Source of the DNA: Octopus sinensis
Lineage: Eukaryota
DNA length: 64,000 nt
Reading direction: 5' to 3'
Assembly (NCBI RefSeq): GCF_006345805.1
Contig: NC_042998.1
Span: 64,418,001 to 64,482,000, forward strand
The notes beneath the pieces were generated by a model. The model was not told the DNA's origin and did not search any database. It saw only the letters and a list, made by a program, of their open reading frames with translations. Positions within the stretch are counted from its first letter, which is position 1. The number at the start of each line of letters is the position of its first letter. This document shows positions 1 through 12,690 of the stretch, piece after piece. A program made the position numbers and the translations under genes.

Positions 1-1291
1 GTATTGAAATATGTTATATAGCCACTCTCGGCTCCTACTTATATGTGTATGTATTCAATTTTATTAGTCTGCCTAATGTCGATGAACGCAAAGTTAATCT
101 GGGAAGGATTTCCAGAAGATATGAAGCTGACGTGAACTAAATATATTTTGCTCTATGTTGTCCTTTCCATGGATGAAGATTTCATACAAAAGTGATGAAA
201 AATGCACTCCACACCATTCATTTTTCTGAATTGTGACAACATGATGTAACTGTGAAGCGAGAATGTAAATATTGGTATAAACACATACGAGGTCGTGAAT
301 CTAATGACAATTGCACAATGAAAACCGAAATTATGGCACTACTAATTCTATAATAAATATACATTCGATCATAGCTTACTTTCAAAACAATAAAAGATTG
401 TTCGTTTAAGCACATATACATTTAAGAGTCTTGTAAAATTCAAAATAACATATTTATGACTCTGGTCACTTCCTTCAAAATCTCCTCTTTTAAAACATTG
501 GGATTCAGCATATAAAGAAACATTTAATTGTTCACATTGAATTATTTCAAATCTTAGTTAATGAAATGACGATATAGAAGCGCCATTTGCAGAAAATCTT
601 CTCCCATTGTTTTTTTTGGTGGGGGGTTGTGCGACCAAAAGCTAATTGTTAGGTAAAAACATTTACACACGCAAACAGACACACACGCACACGCCTTTTT
701 CTGTAAGGGAATGATTTTATCAAACCAAAATGTCTCAATAGAACATAGGGTATACTATATGCGTGTGAATATTTATTTTCCAGCAGCAGCTGAAAAATAC
801 ATGGAAATGTATCACATTTGTGACACTATAAATATGTTCAAAATGTGCTTTACAACTCCAGCTGAGTACAATTTGAAACTTCAGAAATAGGATTCTTGAT
901 AAACATATGTAGTTCATAACCGCATGATCTTAAATCGCTTCTCTGTAAATGAACAATAGTAAACCGAAGAAATTTATGACGAAAACGCAATTATGGACAT
1001 TAAATTTGCATGAGTGACCGGCATAATATATTGCAAATATACATTCGGGAATCCAAATTTTAAATAATAGATAAAATGAAAACTAATATGGAACGCACTT
1101 AAAGATCACTCATCTGATTAAAATAGTGTATTTACATGAAAACAAGACTTTAGATATGCAAAACGAAAATTTGATTGTGATGATTGTAAAACTGTAAATA
1201 TAACAGTCGTCGTACGCTATAATATAATGCAACTGATTCAAGGATATATCTCTATGTCTGTAGTGAAAAGTGGGTGTAAAATATTGATTAA

Positions 1292-1630
1292 GGCCCATGG
1301 CTCAGTGGTTAGAGCGTCGAGCCTACGATCGTGAGGTTGCGACTTCAATTCCCTAACCGGGCTGCGTGTTGTGATCTTGAACAAGATACTTTATTTCACA
1401 TTGCTCCTTTTCACTCACCTGTAGAAATTAGTTGCGACGTCACAGATGCCAAGCTGCATCGGTCTTTGCCGTTCCCTTGTATAATATCGGTGGCACGGAG
1501 GGGGCGGCCGGCATGCATGGGTGACTGCAGGTCTTCCAAAAACAGTCTTGCCCGTATTTGTGCTTCAGAGAGTAACTTTCTAGGTACACTCACATGGTCA
1601 GTCATGACCGAAGGGGATCTCAGGAGAGAT
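1292..1630 (+). mobile_element. tRNA-derived SINE with CORE-like body
   Basis: A box TGGCTCAGTGG (1298) and B-box-like ACTTCAATTCC, followed by GTGTTGTGATCTTGAACAAGATACTTTA, which resembles the CORE-SINE block TGTGACCTTGGGCAAGTCACTT. The 3' boundary is approximate. Confidence 0.7.
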
Positions 1631-2037
1631 ATTGCTAGTATATAAGCATAAATTATTCAGTGGGGTACGGTAAGAGTTCCTAGGTATAGGGCAGGTCCTG
1701 CCTATCCATCAGAAACAATAGGGTTCTCTCGGAGTGATCAAGTCTATGGTAATTTCTCTGATGCATAAACCCGATTTCATTTCGCTGTAATATGAATATT
1801 TTCGGGAGTGTGAATCTCCTGAACTTGCAAAGAATACAGCGAGTGGTATATCTTCAAATTTTTTCTTTTAATTTAAAGTTAATTATTCAGCAAAACTAGT
1901 TTGTTAAAATGAACAACGTGAGTTTCTATCGGTCATGTTAACTGACTAATTATTCTGTATAATTAGCTGATAAATTAAAAGCAAAAATCTAAGATGTATC
2001 AGTCTCTGTGTTCTTTGAAATATTTGTATGTGTGTGC

Positions 2038-2069
<32 letters not shown>

Positions 2070-2074
2070 ATATA

Positions 2075-2531
2075 TTTATTATATAGAAGGGCTTCTACAG
2101 GACTAGAACTGTTTCATTCAAGAAAATCTTCAGGAAGCTAGTTAACAAGAATTGTAATTGGCATTTATACATTTAGGCAGGTTTAAAGGGTGGTTGGTGG
2201 GGACTTTTTGGGGGTAGGCATAGCGCAAAAATCATACTTGGGGGAGTGGTCAAGGAGTCAGTGTTAAATTAGATAGGAGAATAAATAAAAAAAAAAATAA
2301 AAAAAAAAAATAAAAAATAAAAAAAATAAATAAAAAAATAAAAAATAAAAAATATAAATATAAAAAAAAAAATAATAAATAAAAAATAAAAATAGATATA
2401 AAAAATATAAAAAATATAAAAAAATAAAAAAATAAAAATAAAAAAAATAATAAAAAAAATAAAAAAAATAAAAAATAAAAAAATAAAATAAAAAATAAAT
2501 AAAAAATATAAAATAAAAATAATATATATAC
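2075..2531 (-). repeat. Left arm of long inverted repeat (about 205 bp complex sequence + A-rich tract); pLTR-like
   Basis: 2075-2285 is the reverse complement of about 5535-5753 with few mismatches/indels. The A-rich tract 2281-2520 mirrors the T-rich tract at about 5394-5545. Confidence 0.9.
2091..2139 (-). ncRNA. Type I hammerhead ribozyme motif (left arm copy)
   Basis: Minus strand reads AGCTTC-CTGAAGA-ttttcttgaat-GAAACAG-ttctagtc-CTGT-A-GAAGC: stem I, CUGANGA core, GAAA, 4-bp stem III and GUA triplet. Stem II is weak. Confidence 0.7.
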
Positions 2532-2539
2532 GCATCTGC

Positions 2540-3830
2540 GTCTCCTGTCGTGAGTAGGTTCATCTGGACTTCCAACAAGAAGAGACCAGTTTAGTTTTAA
2601 AGAAACCCACATCCACACCATGTAAGTCTCTCAGGCATTTAGGGAGGATGTTGAAAAGCTGTGGTCCTCTGAAACCCAAGCTGTTGCAGTATCTGGACCT
2701 GTATTTTGATGGTGATGTTGGAATCCTTGGCACCACGCAGCGGCGCCCCGTTCTGCGGTTGGAGTAACTTGAATGCCAAGTTTGGATAAGACCCTCCAGG
2801 ATTTTCCAGATGTATATTACTGCATATCTCTCCCGCCTCCGCTCCAGGGAGAAGAGGTTTAATACCTTCAGTCTTTCCCAGTAGCTGACATTTTGCATTG
2901 AGACGATTTTCTTTGTGTAGCTTCTCTGAGTTGCTTCGAGTTCTGCTGTTTGTTTTATATTGTGTGGTGACCAAAGTTGGGAGCAGTAGTCCAAGCGGCT
3001 GAGGACAAATGTTTTCCATAGGACCATCAGTGTCTCCTTCTCTCTTGTTCTGAAAGTTCGGAGAATCCATCCAGCTAGCCGTCTGCATTTTATCACCAGA
3101 TTAGCAATATGCATTTGGAAAGATGCATCATTGCTCATGTCAATGCCCAGGTCACGCACTGATTTGACTCAGGGATTGCAATTCTTCCTGGGCCAGTGTA
3201 TCCAGTCTTCACGTCATTTACCTTTGTGTGCCAGTAGCGCAGGGCCTGGAACTTACCTGCATTAAACTGCATGTTGTTGTCCTCAGCCCACCTGTATATT
3301 GTGTCCAGCTCATGTTGCAGATGCGCAATATTTTCAGGGTTCTGTATTGCGTGGGAGACCTTTGTGTCATCTGCATAGCTAGCAAGGGTGGTCATCGTAG
3401 CAACTGAAGGCATGTCTGAAAGGGCCACTATGAACATCAGTGGCCCCAAGACAGTGCCCTGTGGGACACCGCTTGTTATTTGCGTTTCCTGGAGGTGGCT
3501 CCATTGCTCACAACTGCCTGTTTTCTGTCTTTTAGGAAGTTGTGCAGCCACTCTCCAAGTTTCCCGCCTATGCCGAGACCACGCAGTTTATGACAGATCA
3601 TACCATGGTCGACTTTATCAAAGGCTTTTGCAAAGTCAAGATATATTACATCCACATTTGAGTCATTTAGTAGCTGTTTCAACACCCAGTCATAGTGCTG
3701 CAGGAGCTGTGTTAGGCAGCCTCTACCTGGTCGAAATCCATGCTGGGTGTCAGACAGTAAGTCATTTTCTTCAAGGAACATGATTAGTTTCTTACGGACT
3801 ATTCGTTCCATATATATACATATACAAATA
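2540..3830 (-). mobile_element. CR1/L2-type non-LTR retrotransposon, RT and C-terminal fragment (frameshifted)
   Basis: ORFs 3476-3901, 3135-3551 and 2560-3159 give QHGFRPGRGCLTQLL, VIYLDFAKAFDKVDH, SGVPQGTVLGPLMF, YADDTK and LDYCSQLWSP...SLERRRERY. Same family as 62488-63520. Confidence 0.93.
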
Positions 3831-4239
3831 CAGACCCATTCCCTAATTTTAATTTTATTATCTTCGTTTATTACTTTTGTTATCTTTGGCCGCTTGGTCA
3901 CAACATCTTGGCTATGACAGCCAGACCATTTATCCGTCTACTGGAAACAATTACTCATTCACTCACGCACACTCTTTAGCACGTACACTCACTCATTCGT
4001 ACACTCAAACGCATACACGCACGTACGCGTTATCATTCATACATACATACATCCATACATCACGTTCCATCGTACGCTACTACAGATTCATGTCTACACT
4101 CTAGAAGGCTAGTCCTATCATATACACCATAAATATAAATACACACAGTACTACGCTACGTACAAATACATACAGTCTACACATATACAGATAATATAAA
4201 GATACCAAAAAAAAGCACACACACACTACATGTACACCT

Positions 4240-4276
4240 ACATACAAATACATACATGTACATATATATATAGATA

Positions 4277-4312
<36 letters not shown>

Positions 4313-4677
4313 CGCGTACCTACAGATTCATGTCTACACTCTTAGAAGGCTAGTCTATACATATACACCATAATATAAATACACACATACTACATGTACA
4401 CCTACATACAAATACATACATGTACATATATACATACTATATATATATTATATTATATAATATATACATATATACATATATATATTCATACTAACATGCA
4501 TACTCAAAAAAATAAGTAAATAGTAATTATATATACGCGCAGTTTTCATACATGCATACTCAAAAAATAAATATTAAGTATATTGTACGTGCAGTTACCT
4601 ATTATATAGACGGATACATACATATAATAAACTTACACACATAGATATATATATATGTATATATATATATAATATAT

Positions 4678-4721
<44 letters not shown>

Positions 4722-4795
4722 ATATACACATACATACACACACACATATATATAAATATATACATACACACATACACCTACATATACACATACAC

Positions 4796-4852
<57 letters not shown>

Positions 4853-5107
4853 TACACATACATATACATACACATACATACATATATATACACATACTTA
4901 CACATGTACATATAAATACACACATAGATAACTCTACGTACCTACACATACATAAACACACGAGCGTACGCGCATATGTACATATACATATACCCATGCA
5001 CACGCATATATATACATACATACATACACATACACACATGTATACACACACACTCACATACACATATATATACATACACATATATATACACACATATATA
5101 TATATGT

Positions 5108-5148
<41 letters not shown>

Positions 5149-5390
5149 TATACATACACACACATACACACACATATATATACATGTGTGCAAACACATA
5201 CATTCTCATACAAGCACACACACTTACATTTACATATATACACACACTTTACACACATATATATAATACACACATACTATACACATACATATGCATACAC
5301 ACAAATATACATATATACATACATACATCTATACATATAACACACACACACACACACACACGCACATACATATATATATATATATACATA
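4240..5390. repeat. Compound (TA)n/(CA)n/(TACA)n microsatellite field
   Basis: Directly visible; source of the many YI/HT/CV pseudo-ORFs. Confidence 0.95.
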
Positions 5391-5753
5391 CATTTTTATA
5401 TTTTTTTATTTTCTATTTTTTATTTTTTATTTTTTATTTTTTATTTATTTATTTTTTTTTATTTTTTATATTTTATATTTTTTATTTTTTATTTTTTATT
5501 TTTTTTTTTTTTATTTTTTATTTTTTATTTTTTATTTTTTATTTATTCTCCTATCTAATTTAACACTGACTCCTTGACCACTCCCCCAAGTATGATTTTT
5601 TGCGCTATGCCTACGCCATCAAAAACCCCCCCAACACCCCTTAAACCTGCCTAAATGTATAAATGCCAATACAATTCTTGTTAACTAGCTTCCTGAAGAT
5701 TTCTCTTGAATGAAACAGTTCTAGTCCTGTAGAAGCTCCTTCTATATAATAAA
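5375..5753 (+). repeat. Right arm of long inverted repeat; pLTR-like, ends in AATAAA
   Basis: Reverse complement of 2075-2531; terminates ...gaagctccttctatataataaa. Confidence 0.9.
5687..5737 (+). ncRNA. Type I hammerhead ribozyme motif (right arm copy)
   Basis: AGCTTC(5687-92)/GAAGCT(5732-37) 6-bp stem I; CTGAAGA 5693-99; TTC/GAA stem II; GAAA 5712-15; ACAG/CTGT stem III; cleavage triplet GTA ending at 5731. Confidence 0.78.
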
Positions 5754-6681
5754 TTAATTTTACTCTGCTATGTATTGAGTACCTTATTTACTGTGGTTAA
5801 CCCCGAATCAACCCGGGACCTACATATATATATATATATATATATGTTACAAACACATACACATATATATATGAACTGTATTTGCCACCTAAATGTGGCT
5901 AAACTTTATGGGTTGATGCTATTGTAGTTTGTAGCCCCAGGAAGATATCTCATCCAGCTGGCTATTGACACACTATCTGTGCCCTATCAGTATCTGCAAA
6001 GGGAATTCATCGTTCACATCTCCAGCCTGACGTGTTACACACTGACCCCAGTTTCTGTATAATGAAACGTCATCACCGTGTAGCAAGCACCGGTTGGCGA
6101 TGGGAAGTGATTCTCAATGCAAATATATATACTTTTTCCAGTTACGAAAAATAGCCGATCACGTAAAAGTGTAAACAAACAATAATAAATCTCTGAGCGA
6201 GGTATAAACAGTAGCCGCATGACATCGTGAAGTATATTTACCATATAAACATGACCAAAGACCGAGCTCTATACTTCATTTGCCCTATAACTGCTTAATT
6301 TCAATTTCGCACTTACAATTCTTCTTTATATTGTGAGAAAATGAATATCTCTCTTATGTTAGCTACAAATAGCTACGGCTATTAGGACACCAATTGCGAT
6401 AAAGAAAAACAAAGATGAACTATCTTATTGCCGACACATCAAAGATGTCCAAATTGAAGAGACATTTCAAGGCTGCATATTTTCGCAGAGTAGCACATCG
6501 ATAATTTTTTTATTGCGTTTCGGACATTTTCTTTATTCATATTGGCTTCCTATGTAATACTTCGATGACAGTGTGCGTGATTCTGAGAATTCCACTAGTT
6601 ATATTTCCAAGTTTTTTCGGGCGTTTAAACTTTGAAATATTTCAATAATTGCTAATATGTCACACTATGACGTAAAAATTT

Positions 6682-6743
<62 letters not shown>

Positions 6744-6759
6744 TATATATATATATATA

Positions 6760-6903
6760 ATGGTTCGTCAAAAGAGACCGATAGAATAAGTACTGGGCTT
6801 ACAAAGAATAAGTCCCGGGGTCGATTTGCTCGACTAAAGGCGGTGCTCCAGCATGGCCGCAGTCAAATGACTGAAACAAGTAAAAGAGTAAAAGAGTAAA
6901 AGA

Positions 6904-6904
<1 letters not shown>
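6760..6904 (+). mobile_element. SINE family A (internal-microsatellite tRNA SINE), 3' part with (AAAAGAGT)n tail
   Basis: GGTCGATTTGCTCGACTAAAGGCGGTGCTCCAGCATGGCCGCAGTCAAATGACTGAAACAAGTAAAAGAGT, shared with the copies at 17251, 40537 and 61627. Confidence 0.9.
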
Positions 6905-6932
<28 letters not shown>

Positions 6933-6940
<8 letters not shown>

Positions 6941-7270
6941 TGAGAATGTGTGTCTGTCTGTCTGTATGTTTCCCTAAAACATGAGAACTGCACAACCAAT
7001 TTCATTCAAATCTTACACATGCCTTACTTAGAGTCCGGGGAGTGTCATCGGCAATTGTTTTTTTTTTTTTTTGCCTTGGGCGAGCCCAGAGCAATATCAT
7101 ATCTTCTCCACTACGATTCCCTAAAATTTGAGAACTACACAACCAATTTCATTCAAATTTTATTTAGGGTCCATGTAGTTTCATGGGTAAAAAAAATGTT
7201 CAACTTCTTGCCTAGAGCGAGCCTATAACAATATATCTTCTCCACTATTTCAGTATTACGTGTTAAAAGT
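6933..7270 (+). mobile_element. Non-autonomous Helitron/DINE-like element, 5' part with internal tandem duplication
   Basis: Starts TATAAAACTGAGAATGTGTGTCTGTCTGTCTGT (DINE/Helitron-type start with GTCT microsatellite). Two approx. 130-147 bp units begin TTCCCTAAAA..GAGAACT.CACAACCAATTTCATTCAAAT at 6970 and 7117. 3' end not found. Confidence 0.5.
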
Positions 7271-7869
7271 GAAACAAAAACATTTCTCTATTTTATGTCA
7301 GATACTTTCACTTTAACAATAAAAATAATAATAACAATTATTATAACAATTATATGTAGTAAGTAATAATTAAAATCAAAATAAAGTATAATATAATATA
7401 ATATAACAAAAGTTAAAATAGCAATTGGTATAAAATTGCATCCATGATTTGAACTTGAATAAGTGGTTTCACATGAATGGGAATAAATTAAAATAAAATT
7501 AGCGTGCAGAAATGGAATAGTCCAGATGGAGGTGTGCAATATCCTTTACCACGGCTTTTACATTAGATTATCTGCTAATTCGCTAGCATTAAGTATCTAT
7601 ATGAAGTTTGGCTGTATGTAATGTCTGTTTTCTCGAACAGCGCTTCTACTGAGTACTGTTATTATCATTACTGTTTAACTATTGTTATCACGTTTGTTAG
7701 TTCCTCGTAAGGGAAACGTTGTTGTGTTGCATTTGTTAAATAATTGTAGACTGTAACCCTTCCCCTTTGGGAGAAGGGGCTTTGGTTATTGTTTAAAAAT
7801 TGAATTGTGTCCCTGTTTGGGGAAATTGACAATATTTTCACCGTTTACACGGAAGCATTTTTGTTAGAA

Positions 7870-8410
7870 TGCCTTCGATAGAAGAATGTCCAAAAATGAA
7901 TTTCGCTGCAGCCGTCGGCGGGCGCGAAATCATTAAAATTAAAATGGAAGAAATACAAACCTATTTCGGACTGATCACCGGCAGAGACAGTGAATCTAGG
8001 ATAACACCACCAAGCGAAATAAAAAATTAAATGAAAGAAAAGACTATTGTCTATAAAGTATACAATATAGAGAAAAAAGAAGATTTGAACACATGGAGGA
8101 AAGCATCTTCGAAAAGTATCTTGGTGCGACTATGAAAGATAACTAACCAGAGGCGGTAAATTCGCCACAATAGAAGCAAGGTTCGAGTCAACGGAGCGTG
8201 CAAGGGAGTACTCGACTCGAAACTTGCAAAGTGGAAATATTATATTTTTACCTTTATATCTGGGACATAGGACGTCCCGGATAAAAATTAAATCTCCCCC
8301 CAGAAGTAGATGTAGGCTGGATTTTAGCCACACTTCTAAACAAAGGGAGAACAAGATACAATTGATCAAAATTACCAGAGACGGGCCTACAATTCCAGTC
8401 TGTTATATAT
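7870..8410 (+). pseudogene. Possible decayed L1/Tx1-type ORF1 fragment
   Basis: Stop- and frameshift-interrupted peptide MNFAAAVGG...GKFATIEARFES...RTSRIKIK/PPEVDVGWILATLL, reminiscent of retroelement ORF1. The family assignment is weak inference. Confidence 0.33.
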
Positions 8411-8599
8411 TTTGAGTATTGTTATCACTAGCGATATCAAGATATAACTTTGTATTTTGTATTTTATGTATAGATGTATATATATAGATGTACATGTAAT
8501 ATGTACACATATATATACACATATATACATGCAATAGCACTATGACCCGGCAACGACGGGTCATAATATTAGTATATATATATATATATGAATATATAT

Positions 8600-11403
8600 G
8601 CACCAATTCCCCACATTGCTGCCACTAACACACACAAAAAATCCAAGCCCCCTGCAACAGTCAAAACCAGCCACTACACTAACCTCCACATTCCTACTCA
8701 ATGCACAAGGTGTCAGCCCTTCCATCAATGCACAAAAATAGAAGGTCCAATTCATTGAAGACTGGGTTGGTAACCATTCACACCACATCCCTTTCTTCAT
8801 TCTCACTGAGACCCACCTTGACAACTCCCACTTGGAAGCCGAAGTGAGAGTGAAGAATTTCACAACCATCCGCGCGGATCGTATCGGCAGGAGGAAGGGT
8901 GAACTGCCATTTTCCTGCATGATTCATTTACGGCAGATGGAAATAGTATATTCTCCAACGGCTACTGTGAATCAATCACCGTGCACAAACAGCCAATGAC
9001 CTGACAGTAATTGGGCTCTATAGGCTGCCCCAAACACCCATACTGTGCTTTAAAGAATGCCTCAACAGCATTAAGTGCTTTATTAACAGTGCCATTCTAG
9101 CAACATACTCATGATGGGAGACTTCAATCTACCTGTGTTGACTGGACTACAACTGTTTGAAACCAAGCACTCCCGCCTCAACGCTGACAAAGAAGCAGCA
9201 GAGTCACTTTTCGACTTTACGAATGAGTTTGTCTTGTCCCAACTTGTCCTTGCACCAACAAGACATCAGAACATTTTGGACCTAGTGTTCAGTAACCACA
9301 CTAACACTATACATAATGTTACAGTGGAAAAAACCCTTCTTTCAGACCATGACATTGTTCTCTGTAACATGAAATTCCACCAGCCAACAGCAACACACAC
9401 ATTCGACGGCTATCGCACTGCTTGAATCCAAAAAATATAACCTCCAACAATGCATGAAGACCCTCATCAATAACCAAAGATCAGCTGAGGAGAAGTGGGC
9501 CATTGAAAAAATCAAACTCAACCCCAAAGTGTTCTTTTCATTTGCGAGGAAACGCAGGGTCACTGTCTCCACTGTTGGCACTCTAATTGACGAAACTGGC
9601 ACTCTCCAAGATAATGCCAAATCCATGGCCGAGATACTGCAGAAACAATACTGCTCTGTTTTCAGCAATCCTGATATGGCCGATCTGGGCTGCATCAGTG
9701 ATGTCAACCCCCAACACACTATATCGGACATAACGTTTAGTGCCCCTGATGTCTTAGCGGCGATAAACGAAATAAAACACAATTCAGCAGTAGGCCCCGA
9801 GGTTCCCTGCTTGTGTCCTGAAGGTGTGTCGACACCAACTTGCATCTCCCCTTGCTAATCTGTGGAGAACTCACTGGATGCTGGCTATATTCCAAAAAAC
9901 CTTCTGTCCCAGTCTGTTGTCCCAGTTTTCAAAAAGGGAAACAAGTCCCTTGCAGTGAACTACCGTCCGATCTCACTCACCTCTCATATCATCAAGGTAT
10001 TTGAGAGGGTGGTGAGATCTCGAATAACCCAATTTCTGGAAAGCAACAGACGGCTGATCTCCAACCAACATGGTTTCCGTAATGGAAGGGACTGCCTAAC
10101 GCAGCTCCTGCATCACTTTGAGGACATTTTGAGAGCTTTGGGAGAGGGCTCCAACACCGATGTCATCTACCTTGATTTCAGTAAGGCCTTCGACAGGGTC
10201 GATCACAAGATCCTATTGAAAAAACTATCCAACATTGGTGTCTCTGGAAAGTTACTGAAATGGATCAAGTGTTTCCTGACAGACAGATCTCAACATGTTG
10301 TAGTTGAAGGGGTAAAATCAAGCCCAGCCAAAGTCAGTAGTGGCGTTCCGCAAGGCACTGTGCTGGGCCCACTTCTTTTCATCATTTACATTAATGACAT
10401 TAATGACATCATCAAGCACAGCAACATAAAAATGTTTGCAGATGATTCCAAGCTACAGGTCATAAATGAGGCGAGTGACCGGACATGCCTTCAGTCAGAT
10501 CTACTGGCTGTTATCCAATGGGCAGAAAAAAACAATATGCTGCTGAACGAGGATAAATTTGAGTTAATCCACTTTGGAAAAGAGGATGCCCTGAAACTCC
10601 CATACTCCCTTCCTTCAGGTGAAACTCTCGCGGCGTCCAACAACATCAGAGACTTGGGAGTAATTGTGGACAACAACATAAGCTGGGCCACTCATCAACA
10701 CCAAAGTTGACATGGCCCGCAGAATGTGTTCCTGGATTCTCAGAACTTTCCAGTCGAGAGATATCCACACCATTATCCTTCTCTTCTCCACTTTTGCCCG
10801 ACCCCACCTTGAATACTGTTGTCCACTGTGATCTCCCCACACAATACAAGGTATCATAAGTTGAAGCGCCTCAAAGGGCAATCACAAAAAAGATAGATGG
10901 CATGACAGGCCTCGGCTATTGGGGTCGACTAGAAAAGCTAAAACTTTATTCTCTCCAACGTCGTCGTGAGCTCTACATCATCTGCATGATTTGGAAAATA
11001 TTCCATCAGCATTGCCCAAATGATGTTGGCATCACCTTTAGGGTACATCCAAGGCTTGGGCCCCGTGCCATCCGCCAAAACAAAAATCGCACTCTCATCT
11101 CATAACAACAATACGGCACAATTATTTCACCTCAATTGGCCCCGCTCTCTTTAACATTACACCAAAACACATTAAAACAGAAACTGACCCTATAGGGTTC
11201 AAGAAGTCTTTGGACAGATTCCTTCAAGAAATCCCGGATAAACCCCCTACACCCGATATGTCTCTGTAACAATAACTCTCTACTTGAGTGGGCCATAGTG
11301 CCCAAATTCTGACTTGAAAGACTTCACCAGGTGGTGCTATTAAGTGGACATGGCCTGGGCCAATAATGGCCGAAACCTATCAAAGTATCAAAGTATCAAG
11401 TAT
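8600..11403 (+). mobile_element. CR1/L2-type LINE ORF2 (APE endonuclease + RT) with intact 3' end and (TATCAAAG)n tail; degraded
   Basis: APE motifs FILTETHL (8796), MGDFNLP, NILDLVFSN, LLSDHD. RT motifs NYRPISLTS, QHGFR, YLDFSKAFD, GVPQGTVLGPLLF, FADDSKL (ORF 9862-10710). 8-nt tandem tail at 11378-11403. Confidence 0.93.
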
Positions 11404-12489
11404 AATACATATGAATATATATATATAATAATATAATATTATAATATATATATATATGAATATAATATATATATATACATACATATATAAATACATTATA
11501 TACATAAATATATACCGTGCATCTCGTTAGGAATTAGTTTGTGAATATAACATTGTTTTGGATAATCATATCCATTCAAACCCGCATGTGCTTTGCCTTT
11601 TATACACATAGGTATATGTATGCATTCATACATATATACATGCATGTGTCTGTGTTTGTCTACCTATAAAAGTATTGGCTAATTTATACCACCAACTAGA
11701 AAGGACGTTTTACAATTGTTCATGTTATAATAATTATTTGGGTATAATAGCCCATTCGATATAAGAGTTACATTTTGCCGAGATATATCAGGGTGTAGAT
11801 GGTTTATTTGGAATTTTATTGAAGGGGCTTGCCCAGGAAGCCTTTGAATGTTAGAGCTTTATCTTCTTTTCTCATCTTGGCAGGATGTTAAGAGAGAGCG
11901 CTTTAAGTGAAATCATTATGCCTTAGTATTTGTGTGTGAACACGATTTTTTTGAGCACTGATATTACGGTGACCAACCCTTGGGTAAATATTAAAGTTAA
12001 TGCTAACATCAAATGATCAATGACGTTGGAATATTTTCCACATCACTCAAATGGCATAGCGCTCGCAGCAGCATTGGAAGGAACAAAGATCATATATACT
12101 ATAGGAACAGTTTGCAATTATGGTAGGCAAGATTCTTTAACTTTCATCACTGAGAATTCTGAGTCTGACGATGACAGGTACTCCAAGCGCAGTATTTAAA
12201 CTTACACCATATTACATTTATATGTTAATAGATACAATCCTACATGCAGTGCAGGAGAAGCCTACATCTTCTGGATATTTATGTTAAGGAAACACAGATA
12301 ATTCTCGATCTTTCAAGAATAATCTCTACAAAAACACGTGGAAGAAGTATGAGTTTAAATTGAATGAAGTTCTTTCAACAGACCTATTGAATATTTTTGT
12401 ATGAAAAAGCGAACTCATAAACATTGTTAAAATGTCGCTCACTGAACATAGCACTGAAAGTTACGTATTCATTTGAATTAATAACCATT

Positions 12490-12690
12490 TCAAATTTTGA
12501 CACAAGGGCAGTTTGGGGGAGGTAATGATGATTACATCGACCTCATTGTTCGGCTGGTACTTATTTTATCGACCTCGAAAGGAGGAAAGGCAAACTCGAC
12601 CACAGCAGAATGTGACCTCAGAACGTAGCGGTGGGTGAAATACCGATAAGCATTTCATCAAGCGTACTAACGATTCTTCCGGCCCGCGAC
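12490..12690 (-). mobile_element. SINE family C (tRNA head + Meta/Nin-like core)
   Basis: Minus strand has ...GCCTTTCCTCCTTTCGAGGTCGATAAAATAAGTACCAG...; shared with 36835, 38785 and 46270-46640. Confidence 0.75.

Noticed and set aside
2250-2621. Hydrophobic F/I/Y-rich ORFs resembling membrane proteins (also 5184-5563)
   Set aside because: Translations of the T-rich tract of the inverted-repeat arms.
4595-5340. YI/CV/HT-repeat ORFs (also 20263-20715, 40311-40665, 53240-53467, 54520-55256, 63480-63857)
   Set aside because: Translations of dinucleotide microsatellites.
9342-9845. Antisense ORFs over LINE and PLE sequence (also 3388-3783, 10491-10881, 43351-43650, 60957-61271)
   Set aside because: Shadow frames of transposon coding sequence.
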